A stretch of 22,502 bases of DNA, taken from the NCBI GenBank assembly GCA_045863395.1, contig BTVJ01000108.1, forward strand, positions 1 to 22,502, in the 5' to 3' direction. How positions within the stretch are numbered: the first letter of the stretch is position 1; each line of letters opens with the position of its first letter. Shown here piece after piece: positions 11,747 to 20,416 of this stretch. The notes beneath the pieces were generated by a model. The model had not been told where the DNA came from and made no database searches. It saw nothing but the letters and a program-made list of their open reading frames with translations. The stretch comes from Myxococcales bacterium (GTDB lineage Bacteria > Myxococcota_A > UBA9042 > JABWCM01 > BTVJ01). The position numbers were made by a program, and so were the translations under genes.

Positions 11747-12846
11747 TGGCGGCGCTCCGGGTCGCCCTGCTCCTGCTCCCAGCCCTGGCCATGGCCGACA
11801 CCATCGTGCTGACCGACGCGGAGGGCGACGCCCACGGACCGGGCACCTACGTGTACCCAGGCCCGCCGCTCCTGCCAGAGGGGGCGCTGGACCTGGACCA
11901 GGTGATCCTCCACGACAAGGGCGACACCGTCGAGATCGAGGTGCGGCTGCACCGCCGTATCCGGACCGTGGACGTGCGCCTGTCTGCCGACGACCCGCGT
12001 ACCGTCTTCGCGCCCCAGGTGGACCTCTACATCGACCAGGGGCCCGGCGGGGCCACCGCCTGCGTGCCGGGGCGACAGGTCGCCTTCCCGGCTGGCTTCG
12101 CGTGGGACCGCGTGGTCGTGCTGACCTCCGTGCCGGACAAGGTGGCGACGTCTCTCTCGGGGCGCCCGGAGCTGGGCGCGGCGCTGGTGCCCTACGATGT
12201 GCGAGTCCGCGGCCGCACCCTGGTCGCCCGGGTGCGCACCGCGGAGCTCGGGGGGGCCCCCTCGCCCGACTGGTCCTACGCGGTGGCCGTCACCTCCGCC
12301 ACCTTCGCGACCTCGGTGGCGGCCGCCATCGACCCGACGTCGGCGGCCGCCCGAAACGCCTTCACCCGCGAGGTGGCCCCGACGGTCGGCTCCTGCGCCA
12401 ACTGGGCGGAGGCCGTCGACGGCTCCCCGTGCACCTTCGGTGGGTGCGCGCCGTGCGGCGGCCACCCGCGGGTCCTCGACGCCCTGGACGCGCCCGGCCT
12501 CCCGTCCCCGCAGGCCCTCGCGGGCTACGGAGGGGGGAGGCTCGCGGAGCTCCCGGTGGTCACGCCGTCGGGGCGTCCTCGGGCGGAGGCGCCCAGCGAG
12601 CCCCAGACGCCACCCCCTGGGACGCTCCAAGTCCTCGACATCGATGGGGATCTCATCACGTCACCGACACCGTCCGCCGACGCCGGCAATCCGGTTGCCC
12701 CCGGGCGCATCGTGGATATACTCGACGCCCGAAGCCAGCCGGTGGGCAAGGCGGTCGTCGTCAAGGTGCTGGACGGCCTGCTTCTCCTACGGTCGGTCGA
12801 GCCGCCAGCGAGCCCGGGCGTCATCAAGGCGATCCGGCTGCGCTGA
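11746..12846 (+). CDS. Secreted protein with a glucodextranase-C/DOMON-like carbohydrate-binding domain
   Basis: TGATG coupling to the barrel gene, signal peptide, and motifs D.EGD.HGPGTYVYP...GALDL, VDLYID, PGRQV.F...AWD, W.YAV and P.VLD typical of the glucodextranase DOMON-like domain. Confidence 0.75.
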   Translation: MAALRVALLLLPALAMADTIVLTDAEGDAHGPGTYVYPGPPLLPEGALDLDQVILHDKGDTVEIEVRLHRRIRTVDVRLSADDPRTVFAPQVDLYIDQGPGGATACVPGRQVAFPAGFAWDRVVVLTSVPDKVATSLSGRPELGAALVPYDVRVRGRTLVARVRTAELGGAPSPDWSYAVAVTSATFATSVAAAIDPTSAAARNAFTREVAPTVGSCANWAEAVDGSPCTFGGCAPCGGHPRVLDALDAPGLPSPQALAGYGGGRLAELPVVTPSGRPRAEAPSEPQTPPPGTLQVLDIDGDLITSPTPSADAGNPVAPGRIVDILDARSQPVGKAVVVKVLDGLLLLRSVEPPASPGVIKAIRLR

Positions 12847-12861
12847 CCCCGGAGGCCCCCC

Positions 12862-13947
12862 TTGGCCCGCGTCCTGCTGCAGCACGTCCAGAAGCGCTAC
12901 GCGGGCGACGTCCTCGCCGTCCGTGACCTGTCACTGGAGATCCGGGACAAGGAGTTCATGGTGCTCGTCGGGCCTTCGGGCTGCGGCAAGTCCACGACCC
13001 TCCGCATGATCGCCGGCCTGGAGGACATCTCCGAGGGCGATCTCTTCATCGGAGAGCGCCGCGTCAACGACGTGGCCCCCAAGGACCGGGACATCGCCAT
13101 GGTGTTCCAGTCCTACGCGCTCTACCCGCACATGACCGTGTACGACAACATGGCCTTCGGGTTGAAGCTCAAGGGCGTTCCCAAGGACACGATCCGCTCC
13201 TTGGTGGACGACGCCGCGCACATCCTCGGCATCACCGAGTACCTCCAGCGCAAACCGAAGGCCCTGTCCGGCGGGCAGCGCCAGCGGGTCGCCATGGGCC
13301 GCGCCATCGTGCGCCAGCCCCAGGTGTTCCTGTTCGACGAGCCCCTGTCCAACCTGGACGCCAAGCTCCGCGTGGCCATGCGCGTCGAGCTGGCCCAGCT
13401 CCACCAGCGGCTCCAGACAACGGTGGTCTACGTGACCCACGACCAGATCGAGGCCATGACCCTGGCGACCCGCATCGCCATCATGGACGGCGGCGTGCTC
13501 CAGCAGGTGGGGACCCCCATGGAGGTCTACCACACCCCGAGAAACCGCTTCGTCGCCGGGTTCATCGGCAGCCCGGGCATGAACTTCCTGGACGCGGAGC
13601 TGACCGCAGGCGGCACCGTCGCGCAAGGCAACGGGTTCCGGGTGCGGCTCGGCGCCCACCTGGCGGCGGCCGCCAGCGCGGCCCGAGGCACCGTCACGCT
13701 CGGGATCCGTCCCCAGCACCTGCGACCGGCAGAGCCCGGGGCGGAGGCGGCCATCGAGGCCCGCGCCGACGTCGTCGAGCACATGGGCGCCGAGAAGTAC
13801 ATCTACTTCGCCCTCGGCGGGCACACGCTGGTCGCGCGCGCCGACGGCGAGGACCCGGTCGCCGCAGGCGAGGCGGTGCGCTTCGCCGTGGACAGCGACC
13901 GCCTGCACCTCTTCGCGGCGGACGGCCGCAACCTCGCGGTCCCGTGA
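12862..13947 (+). CDS. malK: Sugar ABC transporter ATP-binding protein (MalK/MsmX/UgpC family)
   Basis: Walker A GPSGCGKS, MVFQSYALYPHM, LSGGQRQR, Walker B FLFDEPLSNLDAKLR, VTHDQ and a C-terminal TOBE region. TTG start with SD GGAGG. Confidence 0.93.
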   Translation: MARVLLQHVQKRYAGDVLAVRDLSLEIRDKEFMVLVGPSGCGKSTTLRMIAGLEDISEGDLFIGERRVNDVAPKDRDIAMVFQSYALYPHMTVYDNMAFGLKLKGVPKDTIRSLVDDAAHILGITEYLQRKPKALSGGQRQRVAMGRAIVRQPQVFLFDEPLSNLDAKLRVAMRVELAQLHQRLQTTVVYVTHDQIEAMTLATRIAIMDGGVLQQVGTPMEVYHTPRNRFVAGFIGSPGMNFLDAELTAGGTVAQGNGFRVRLGAHLAAAASAARGTVTLGIRPQHLRPAEPGAEAAIEARADVVEHMGAEKYIYFALGGHTLVARADGEDPVAAGEAVRFAVDSDRLHLFAADGRNLAVP

Positions 13948-13969
13948 GGGCCGCCCCCCGGAGGACTCC

Positions 13970-15289
13970 ATGAAGCTCGCCTGGACCGTGACGCTGGCGC
14001 TCGCCGTGAGCCTCACCGCGTGCAAGAAGGACGACGCCCCCCAGGCCCCCGAGGCCGGCAAGGGGCCGGCCAAGGCCCCCGCTGCGCTCCCCGACAAGGC
14101 CCCCGAGGCCAAAGCCACCGACCAGCCGACCACGGCCCCCGAGACCGCCGAGCCCCCCCTGGACAAGGCGACGGTCGTCCTGTGGCACGCCTACCGCGCC
14201 GAGGAGCAGCGGGCCCTGGAGCAGCTCGTCGACGCCTACAACGCCCAGGGCGGCCCCGTGACCGTCGAGGCCATCCCCGTCCCCTACGACGCCTTCGTCG
14301 ACAAGATCGCCGTGACCATCCCTCGGGGCAACGGACCGGATCTGTTCATCTTCGCCCACAACATGATCGGCGACTGGGTGGCGGCCGGCCTCATCGAGCC
14401 CGTGAACCAGTGGGCGCCCCCGACCCTCCTCGGGCGCTTCATCCCCGACACGGTCAAGGCGCTGGTCTACAAGAAGTCGCTCTACGGCCTGCCGTTGGCG
14501 TTCAAGAGCCTGGTGCTGTTCTACAACAAGGCGCTCATCGCCGAGCCGCCTGCCACCCTCGACGACCTCATCGCCAAGGCCAAGGCCAACACCGGGGGCG
14601 AGCGGTGGGGGCTGGCGTTCGAGGCGGCGAAGCTCTACCAGCACGCGCCGCTGCTCCACGCCAAGGGGGGGGCCGTATTCGACGAGGCGGGGGCGCCGGC
14701 CCTGGACAGCGCCGGCAGCGTCGCCGCGGCGGAGGTGGCGCGCTCCCTGGTCAAGGAGCACGGCGTCGTCCCAAGCGGCATGACCGGCTTCATGGTCACG
14801 TCGCTGTTCAACGAAGGCAAGGCGGCCATGGCGATCAGCGGGCCGTGGTTCCGGGGAGAGATCGACCCTGCCATCAGCTATGGCGTCGCCGTCCTGCCGA
14901 GCGTCGATGGCGCCCCGATGCGGCCGTTCCTTGGCTCCGAGGCGCTCTACGTCAGCGCCAAGAGCGCCCACAAGCGCGAGGCCTTCGACGTGGCGAAGTT
15001 CCTGACCAGCGACGCGTCCGCCCTGGTGCGCGCCACGGTGGGCAAGCAGCCCGTGGCCAACCGGGCGACCTACGACGACCCGGCGGTCAAGGGTGATCCC
15101 AACATGCCCGTGTTCTTCGAGCAGTCCAAGGCGGCGGTCATCATGCCGTCCACCCCCGAGATGCAGGTGGTGTGGTCCACCTACGACAATGCGCTGAACA
15201 AGGTGATCTTCGGCGACGGGGACGTCCGCGCGACCTTCGGTGACGCGCAGCGCAAGGTGCAGGGCGACATCGAGAAGATCCAGCGATGA
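13970..15289 (+). CDS. malE: Sugar (maltose/maltodextrin-like) ABC substrate-binding lipoprotein
   Basis: Lipobox LTAC, Pro/Ala linker, GPDLFIFAHN, LYGLP...LFYNK, F.EGKAAMAISGPW and MPSTPEMQVVW (MalE-like). The substrate is inferred. Confidence 0.8.
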   Translation: MKLAWTVTLALAVSLTACKKDDAPQAPEAGKGPAKAPAALPDKAPEAKATDQPTTAPETAEPPLDKATVVLWHAYRAEEQRALEQLVDAYNAQGGPVTVEAIPVPYDAFVDKIAVTIPRGNGPDLFIFAHNMIGDWVAAGLIEPVNQWAPPTLLGRFIPDTVKALVYKKSLYGLPLAFKSLVLFYNKALIAEPPATLDDLIAKAKANTGGERWGLAFEAAKLYQHAPLLHAKGGAVFDEAGAPALDSAGSVAAAEVARSLVKEHGVVPSGMTGFMVTSLFNEGKAAMAISGPWFRGEIDPAISYGVAVLPSVDGAPMRPFLGSEALYVSAKSAHKREAFDVAKFLTSDASALVRATVGKQPVANRATYDDPAVKGDPNMPVFFEQSKAAVIMPSTPEMQVVWSTYDNALNKVIFGDGDVRATFGDAQRKVQGDIEKIQR

Positions 15290-17049
15290 GCCCCTCCGCC
15301 GGATGGCGCGCCGCCGCGCTCGGCGTGCTGACGGCCGCGGTGGCCCTGGCCGCGAGCGTCGCCATCTCGGGCGCCCTCAGCCGCGCCGCCTGGGATGCGC
15401 AGGTGATCCGCGGCCTGGTGGAGGCCCGGGCGCTCGCCGTTGCCGAAGACCCCGCGGCCACCGCCGAGGCGCTGCGCGCCGCGAGCCCGGCCATCCGCCG
15501 CATCGCCGTCATGGACGCCGGCGGAGTGGACGAGTGGGGCATGGCCCGGGACCAGGGCCTGCGCGCGGACACGGCCGGCCGCACGGGACCCCTCTCGGAC
15601 GAGGACCGCCCCCTCGCCGTGCGCTCCAACGAGCTGATCGATGCGGTGGAGAGCGGGCGCCCCCTGAGCCTGGGGGACCTGGCCCGGGCGCTGCCCGACG
15701 GCGGCCTCGCGATCACGGTCCCCGTCCTCAGCGCAGGGGAGCCCGCCGGCGCCGTCATCGTGGAGCGGGCCCCCGCTGACCCGAGCATCCCGGCCTGGCT
15801 CGCCCTGGCCCTGGGCCTGGTCGGCGCGGGGGTGAGCCTGGCCACCGCACGCCTCATGCCCCGCCGCCCCCGCAACGCCGCGCTCGTCGCGGGAGCCATC
15901 CTCGCCGTCGCCGGAGCGGCGGCCGTGCTCGCTCTCACGCCGTCCACGCCGGACGGAGGCGCCCTGCTCGCTCGAGCCACAGCGGAGGTGGGCGCCATCG
16001 CTCCCGTGGATCTGGACGCTTCGGTCCTCGAGCCCGCCCTGGCCCAGATCCGGGCCCGCGAGGCCGGCACGCTGGCCCCGCTGGTCGGCGGCCTCGCCCT
16101 GCTGCTCCTGCTCGCGAGCCTGCTGACGGTGCCGCTCTCACGCTTCCTGGTCGATCTGCGGCGACAACCAGGCACCTACGGCTATGTGGGCCCTGCCCTC
16201 GTCTCGACGCTCGTCCTGGTGTTCGTCCCCTTCCTCATGGGCGTCGGTCTGGCCTTCTTCTCCGCAGGCAAGGGCGGCCCGGAGACGTGGACCTTCATCG
16301 GCCTCGACAACTTCGCGGAGATCCTCTTCCCCCCGGACACGGGCGACACGAACTTCTACTTCACCCTCGGCATGACCGTCGCGTGGACGGTGCTCAACGT
16401 GTTCCTCCACGTGACCATCGGGCTCGGCCTGGCCCTGCTGCTGAACCGCCCCTCCCTGCGCTTCCGCGCCGCCTACCGGGTGCTCCTCATCGTCCCCTGG
16501 GCCGTGCCCAACTACATCACGGCGCTGATCTGGAAGTGGATGTTCAACACCCAATACGGCGTGATCAACCAGCTCCTGGCGATGGTGGGCGTCTCCCCGG
16601 TGGACTGGCTCGGCCAGTCGCTGCTGACCAACTTCCTCGCCAACCTGATCACCAACACCTGGCTCGGCTTCCCTTTCATGATGGTGGTGAGCCTGGGCGC
16701 GCTCCAGTCCATCCCCAAGGAGCTCTACGAGGCGGCGAGCATCGACGGCGCGACGCGGTGGCAGCAGTTCCGCACCATCACGCTGCCCCTGCTCAAGCCG
16801 GCGCTGTTCCCGGCGATCATCCTCGGCACCATCTGGACCTTCAACATGTTCAACATCATCTACCTGGTGAGCGGCGGCGGGCCGGACAACCAGACCAACA
16901 TCCTCATCACGGAGGCCTACCGCGCCTTCAAGGTGCTCGGGCGCTACGGCTTCGCGGCGGCCTACTCCCTGCTGATCTTCGTGATCCTGTTCCTGTACGC
17001 CACCGTGACCAACCGGGTGACCCGCGCCACCGAGGGGGCCTTCGAATGA
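15286..17049 (+). CDS. malF: Sugar ABC permease (MalF-like) with a long N-terminal extension
   Basis: ATGA overlap, FIGLDNF, LLIVPWAVPNYITALIW, NTWLGFPFMM, EAA loop ELYEAASIDGA and FNMFNIIYL. Confidence 0.85.
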   Translation: MSPSAGWRAAALGVLTAAVALAASVAISGALSRAAWDAQVIRGLVEARALAVAEDPAATAEALRAASPAIRRIAVMDAGGVDEWGMARDQGLRADTAGRTGPLSDEDRPLAVRSNELIDAVESGRPLSLGDLARALPDGGLAITVPVLSAGEPAGAVIVERAPADPSIPAWLALALGLVGAGVSLATARLMPRRPRNAALVAGAILAVAGAAAVLALTPSTPDGGALLARATAEVGAIAPVDLDASVLEPALAQIRAREAGTLAPLVGGLALLLLLASLLTVPLSRFLVDLRRQPGTYGYVGPALVSTLVLVFVPFLMGVGLAFFSAGKGGPETWTFIGLDNFAEILFPPDTGDTNFYFTLGMTVAWTVLNVFLHVTIGLGLALLLNRPSLRFRAAYRVLLIVPWAVPNYITALIWKWMFNTQYGVINQLLAMVGVSPVDWLGQSLLTNFLANLITNTWLGFPFMMVVSLGALQSIPKELYEAASIDGATRWQQFRTITLPLLKPALFPAIILGTIWTFNMFNIIYLVSGGGPDNQTNILITEAYRAFKVLGRYGFAAAYSLLIFVILFLYATVTNRVTRATEGAFE

Positions 17050-17885
17050 AGCGCTGGGGCAACGTGCTCACCCATGGCTTCCTCGCGCTGTTCACGCTGG
17101 CGACCCTGTACCCGCTGCTGCTGGTGCTCAAGATCGCGTTCAGCCCAGGCAAGGGGGTGAGCTCGTCGCCGGGTGTCATCCCCGACGAGTTCACCCTCGA
17201 TCACTTCCGCGAGGTGGTCGGCACCACGGACAGCCAGGGCGGCTGGCTCTTCGGGCAGCAGCTCTGGAACAGCGTCGTGATCAGCGTCGCGACCACCTTC
17301 GTCGGCATCTTCATCGCGTGCACGGCTGCCTACGCCTTCAGCCGCTTCACGTTCACGGGCCGCAGGGCCGGGCTCGTCGCCTTCCTGGTCAGCCAGATGT
17401 TCCCGGGCGTCATGATGATGATCCCGCTCTACATCCTGATCGGGAACCTCGGCCTGCTCGACAACCAGCTCGGCCTCATCCTGGTGTACTCGACGACGGC
17501 GATCCCGTTCTGCGTGTGGATGCTCAAGGGCTACTTCGATACCATCCCGAAGGAGCTGGAGGAGAGCGCCATCATCGACGGGGCCAGCCGCTTCACGGTG
17601 TTCTGGCGCATCATCATGCCGCTGTCCGCCCCAGCGGTCGCCGTGACTGCCCTGTTCAGCTTCATGACCGCCTGGAACGAGTTCATCCTGGCGTTCACGT
17701 TCATGAACAAGCCCGAGAGCTTCACCTTGCCCGTGACCATCCAGCGCTACGTGGGGGAGCACGACATCCAGTGGCCGCTGATCGCGGCGGCGAGCGTGCT
17801 CGTGAGCATCCCGGTGATGACCCTGTTCTTTGCGCTTCAGAAGTACCTGGTCGGCGGCCTGACGGCCGGCGCCGTGAAGGGGTAG
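17046..17885 (+). CDS. malG: Sugar ABC permease (MalG-like)
   Basis: ATGA overlap at 17046-17049, AAYAFSRF, QMFPG, WMLKGYFDTIPKELEESAIIDGA, AWNEF and LQKYLVGGLTAGAVKG. Confidence 0.9.
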   Translation: MKRWGNVLTHGFLALFTLATLYPLLLVLKIAFSPGKGVSSSPGVIPDEFTLDHFREVVGTTDSQGGWLFGQQLWNSVVISVATTFVGIFIACTAAYAFSRFTFTGRRAGLVAFLVSQMFPGVMMMIPLYILIGNLGLLDNQLGLILVYSTTAIPFCVWMLKGYFDTIPKELEESAIIDGASRFTVFWRIIMPLSAPAVAVTALFSFMTAWNEFILAFTFMNKPESFTLPVTIQRYVGEHDIQWPLIAAASVLVSIPVMTLFFALQKYLVGGLTAGAVKG

Positions 17886-17890
17886 GCAAC

Positions 17891-18709
17891 GTGCTCGCCG
17901 TGATCCCGTACTATCCCCAGCCCAAGGTGGACTTCGGCTGGATCTCCTTCGAGGCCTGGGGCGTCCTGGTCGCGGTCGGCTTCCTCACGGGGGTCTTCCT
18001 CGCCATGCGGGGCGCCCGGCGCATGTTCCTCGACGACCGGGTGATCTCCGACTACGGCCTGTGGGCCTTCGTCGGCGGCTTCACCGGCGCCCACCTGGTG
18101 CACGTGTTCTTCTACGAGCCCGAGCTCCTCGCCGAGAAGTGGTGGTTCGTGTTCGTCATCTGGAGCGGCATGTCGTCGTTCGGGGGCTTCCTCGGGGCGG
18201 CCGTCGCCACCATCATCTTCTTCCGGCGCCGCACAGACTCCTTCTGGCACTACGCAGACCCGCTCGCCCTGGGCATGGGGCCAGCGTGGGCCATCGCGCG
18301 CGTCGGTTGCTTCCTGGCCCACGACCACCGGGGCAGCCTCAGCGACTTCCCGCTGGCGGTGGACTTCCCCGGGGGCGCCCGCCACGACCTGGGGCTCTAC
18401 GACTCCATCCTGACCTGGGTGCTGACCATCGTCATCTACGTGGTCGCGCGGTTCCGGCCGCGGTACGGAGTCCTGGCCGGCATCCTGTGCTTCGGCTACG
18501 CCGTGGTGCGCTTCTTCTTCGACTTCCTGCGGGCGACGGACATCGAGAAGGCCGACACGCGCTACCTGGGGCTCACGCCGGCGCAGTACGGCGCGGTGGC
18601 GCTGGCCGCCTTCGGCGCCTACCTGTTGTGGCGCTCGCGCCGCATGCCGCGGCACGGGGAGCACGATGCGGGCAAAGACTCCGTTGACGCCCCCGTGATC
18701 GCGCACTAG
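17891..18709 (+). CDS. lgt: Prolipoprotein diacylglyceryl transferase (Lgt family)
   Basis: GTG 5 nt after the malG stop, WSGMSSFGGFLG, AIARVGCFLAHDH, RHDLGLYD, YAVVRFFFDFLR and GLTPAQY, with a multi-TM pattern. Confidence 0.85.
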   Translation: MLAVIPYYPQPKVDFGWISFEAWGVLVAVGFLTGVFLAMRGARRMFLDDRVISDYGLWAFVGGFTGAHLVHVFFYEPELLAEKWWFVFVIWSGMSSFGGFLGAAVATIIFFRRRTDSFWHYADPLALGMGPAWAIARVGCFLAHDHRGSLSDFPLAVDFPGGARHDLGLYDSILTWVLTIVIYVVARFRPRYGVLAGILCFGYAVVRFFFDFLRATDIEKADTRYLGLTPAQYGAVALAAFGAYLLWRSRRMPRHGEHDAGKDSVDAPVIAH

Positions 18710-18712
18710 GAT
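18684..18712 (+). promoter_or_regulatory. Sigma70-like promoter for sufT, overlapping the 3' end of lgt
   Basis: TTGACG (18684-18689), 17 nt, TAGGAT (18707-18712). Confidence 0.55.
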
Positions 18713-18768
18713 GGTCCTTGTTCGGGCGACCCGCGCCCGTGCGCGAAGGGTTGAACCAGGAGCAGAGC

Positions 18769-19323
18769 GTGATCCGCGATCAGGAGCGAGTCAGCTTTCA
18801 CCGTGACTGCCAGGGGATCGTCATCCCCGACGGCATCGACATCACGGTCCCGGAGGGGGCGACGGGCCTGCTGATCCAGAAGCTGGGTGCCCACTACACC
18901 ATCCGGCTGGACGTGGGCTATCTGGTCCGCGTAGCCGACGTGGACGCGGACGCCATCGGGATGGAGGTCGAGAGCGCCTCGGAGCGGCCCCCGGTGGATC
19001 CCGACGCGGTCGTCACGCTGGAGCAGGTGTGGGACGAGCTGCGCACCTGCTACGACCCGGAGATCCCCGTCAACATCGTGGAGTTGGGCCTCATCTACCG
19101 CTGTGAGCTGGAGCGCCTCCCCGGCGAGGGCACCCGGGTCAACATCGACATGACCCTGACGGCCCCGGGCTGCGGAATGGGCCAGATCCTCACGGACGAC
19201 GTAGACGCGAAGGTGCGCCGGCTGCCGGGCGTGGCAGATGTGCGGGTCGACCTGGTCTTCGACCCCCCCTGGTCGCCGGAGCACATGAGCGAGGCGGCGC
19301 GGCTGGAGCTGGGCTTCTTCTAG
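18769..19323 (+). CDS. sufT: Putative Fe-S cluster assembly protein SufT (long form, DUF59)
   Basis: N-terminal RDC...IPDG...QKLG..YT...DADAIG, YDPEIPVNIVELGLIY, MTLTAPGCGMG and PPWSPEHMSEAARLELG. GTG 18769 has SD AGGAG. Confidence 0.9.
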   Translation: MIRDQERVSFHRDCQGIVIPDGIDITVPEGATGLLIQKLGAHYTIRLDVGYLVRVADVDADAIGMEVESASERPPVDPDAVVTLEQVWDELRTCYDPEIPVNIVELGLIYRCELERLPGEGTRVNIDMTLTAPGCGMGQILTDDVDAKVRRLPGVADVRVDLVFDPPWSPEHMSEAARLELGFF

Positions 19324-20289
19324 TTATCGATACAGGCGCCGCACCCAGGACGCCTCCTTGTCCGAGATCAGCGTCCCGAGGCGCCCGGCCGCGTCCACCT
19401 GCGCCGGGTTGCGCATGCCCTGGAGCACACACGCCGTCGGGTTGCCGTTGAACAGGGCGTCGATGAGGCCGTGGAGCACGGGCTCCGGGTGGCTCGCAAA
19501 CCGATCCTTGAGCAGCTCCCGGTTGGCGCGCATGAGAGCGATGGCCTTGGGATCGCGGAACTCTGCCACATTGTTGCGGAAGTCTCCCTGCGGGAACGTG
19601 GTGGGCTCGTCATACTTGCCCAGCAGGAGCCCGTGCCGCAGCGGAGAGAAGAAGGCGACGCCCAGATCCCGCTCGTTCACCAGGTCCGCGAGCCCTGACG
19701 CCCCATAGGCCTTGTCCGTGACGTTGTGGTAGGGCTGGACCACGTCCGGGTCCACCGCGTCCAGGTAGCGCACGATCTTCGCGCTGTCCCAGTCGGAGAG
19801 CCCCACGTACCGGATCTTGCCCACCCGCTGCGCCTCCCGCACGATGTCGAGGGTCGGCTCCAGCCACTCCCCGTTGGGCCCGAAGTCGCAATGGTGGAGG
19901 TAGTAGAGGTCCACGAAATCAGTCTTGAGGTTGCGCAGCGAGCGGTCGAGCTGCTGGCGGACCTGCTCCGGGTGATAGTAGTGATCGTAGGGTCCCCGGA
20001 CCCAACCCACCTTGGTGGCGAGGAAGATGCGATCCCGCGGGATCTCGCCCCAGAGGGACCCTATGAGCTCCTCCGCGTGGCCGTTGCCGTAGGCGTCCGC
20101 GGTGTCCCAGTGGTCCATGCCCAGCTCCCAGGCGCGGCGGAGCGCGTCGAGCGCGAGCCTGTCGTCATGACCGGACCACCCGATCTCGGCCTGACCGGAC
20201 ATATTTGGGCCCCCGTGCGCCCAGGTCCCCACGCTGATGGCGGACACCTTGACCTCCGTCCGCCCGAGCCGCACTCGCCGCATTGCCAT
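19324..20289 (-). CDS. Aldo/keto reductase
   Basis: LGRTEVKVSAISVGTW, DTADAYGNGHAEE, ATKVG, SLRNLKTDFVDLYYLH, GKIRYVGLS and SPLRHGLL.GKY. ATG 20289 has SD AGGAGG. Confidence 0.93.
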   Translation of the reverse strand: MAMRRVRLGRTEVKVSAISVGTWAHGGPNMSGQAEIGWSGHDDRLALDALRRAWELGMDHWDTADAYGNGHAEELIGSLWGEIPRDRIFLATKVGWVRGPYDHYYHPEQVRQQLDRSLRNLKTDFVDLYYLHHCDFGPNGEWLEPTLDIVREAQRVGKIRYVGLSDWDSAKIVRYLDAVDPDVVQPYHNVTDKAYGASGLADLVNERDLGVAFFSPLRHGLLLGKYDEPTTFPQGDFRNNVAEFRDPKAIALMRANRELLKDRFASHPEPVLHGLIDALFNGNPTACVLQGMRNPAQVDAAGRLGTLISDKEASWVRRLYR

Positions 20290-20322
20290 GAATCGTCCTC
20301 CTGGTCCGCTCCACCGGGCCGA

Positions 20323-20351
20323 ATGGTGGCGCATATGGGGCCTGTCTGCAA
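20323..20351 (-). promoter_or_regulatory. Possible sigma70-like promoter for the aldo/keto reductase
   Basis: Minus strand reads TTGCAG-17 nt-CACCAT. Confidence 0.3.
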
Positions 20352-20416
20352 GATCGGTGGAAAGAACTCCTGTCCTTGGTGCATGTTGTACCGAAATGAC
20401 CTGCAGGGGAACCCTC

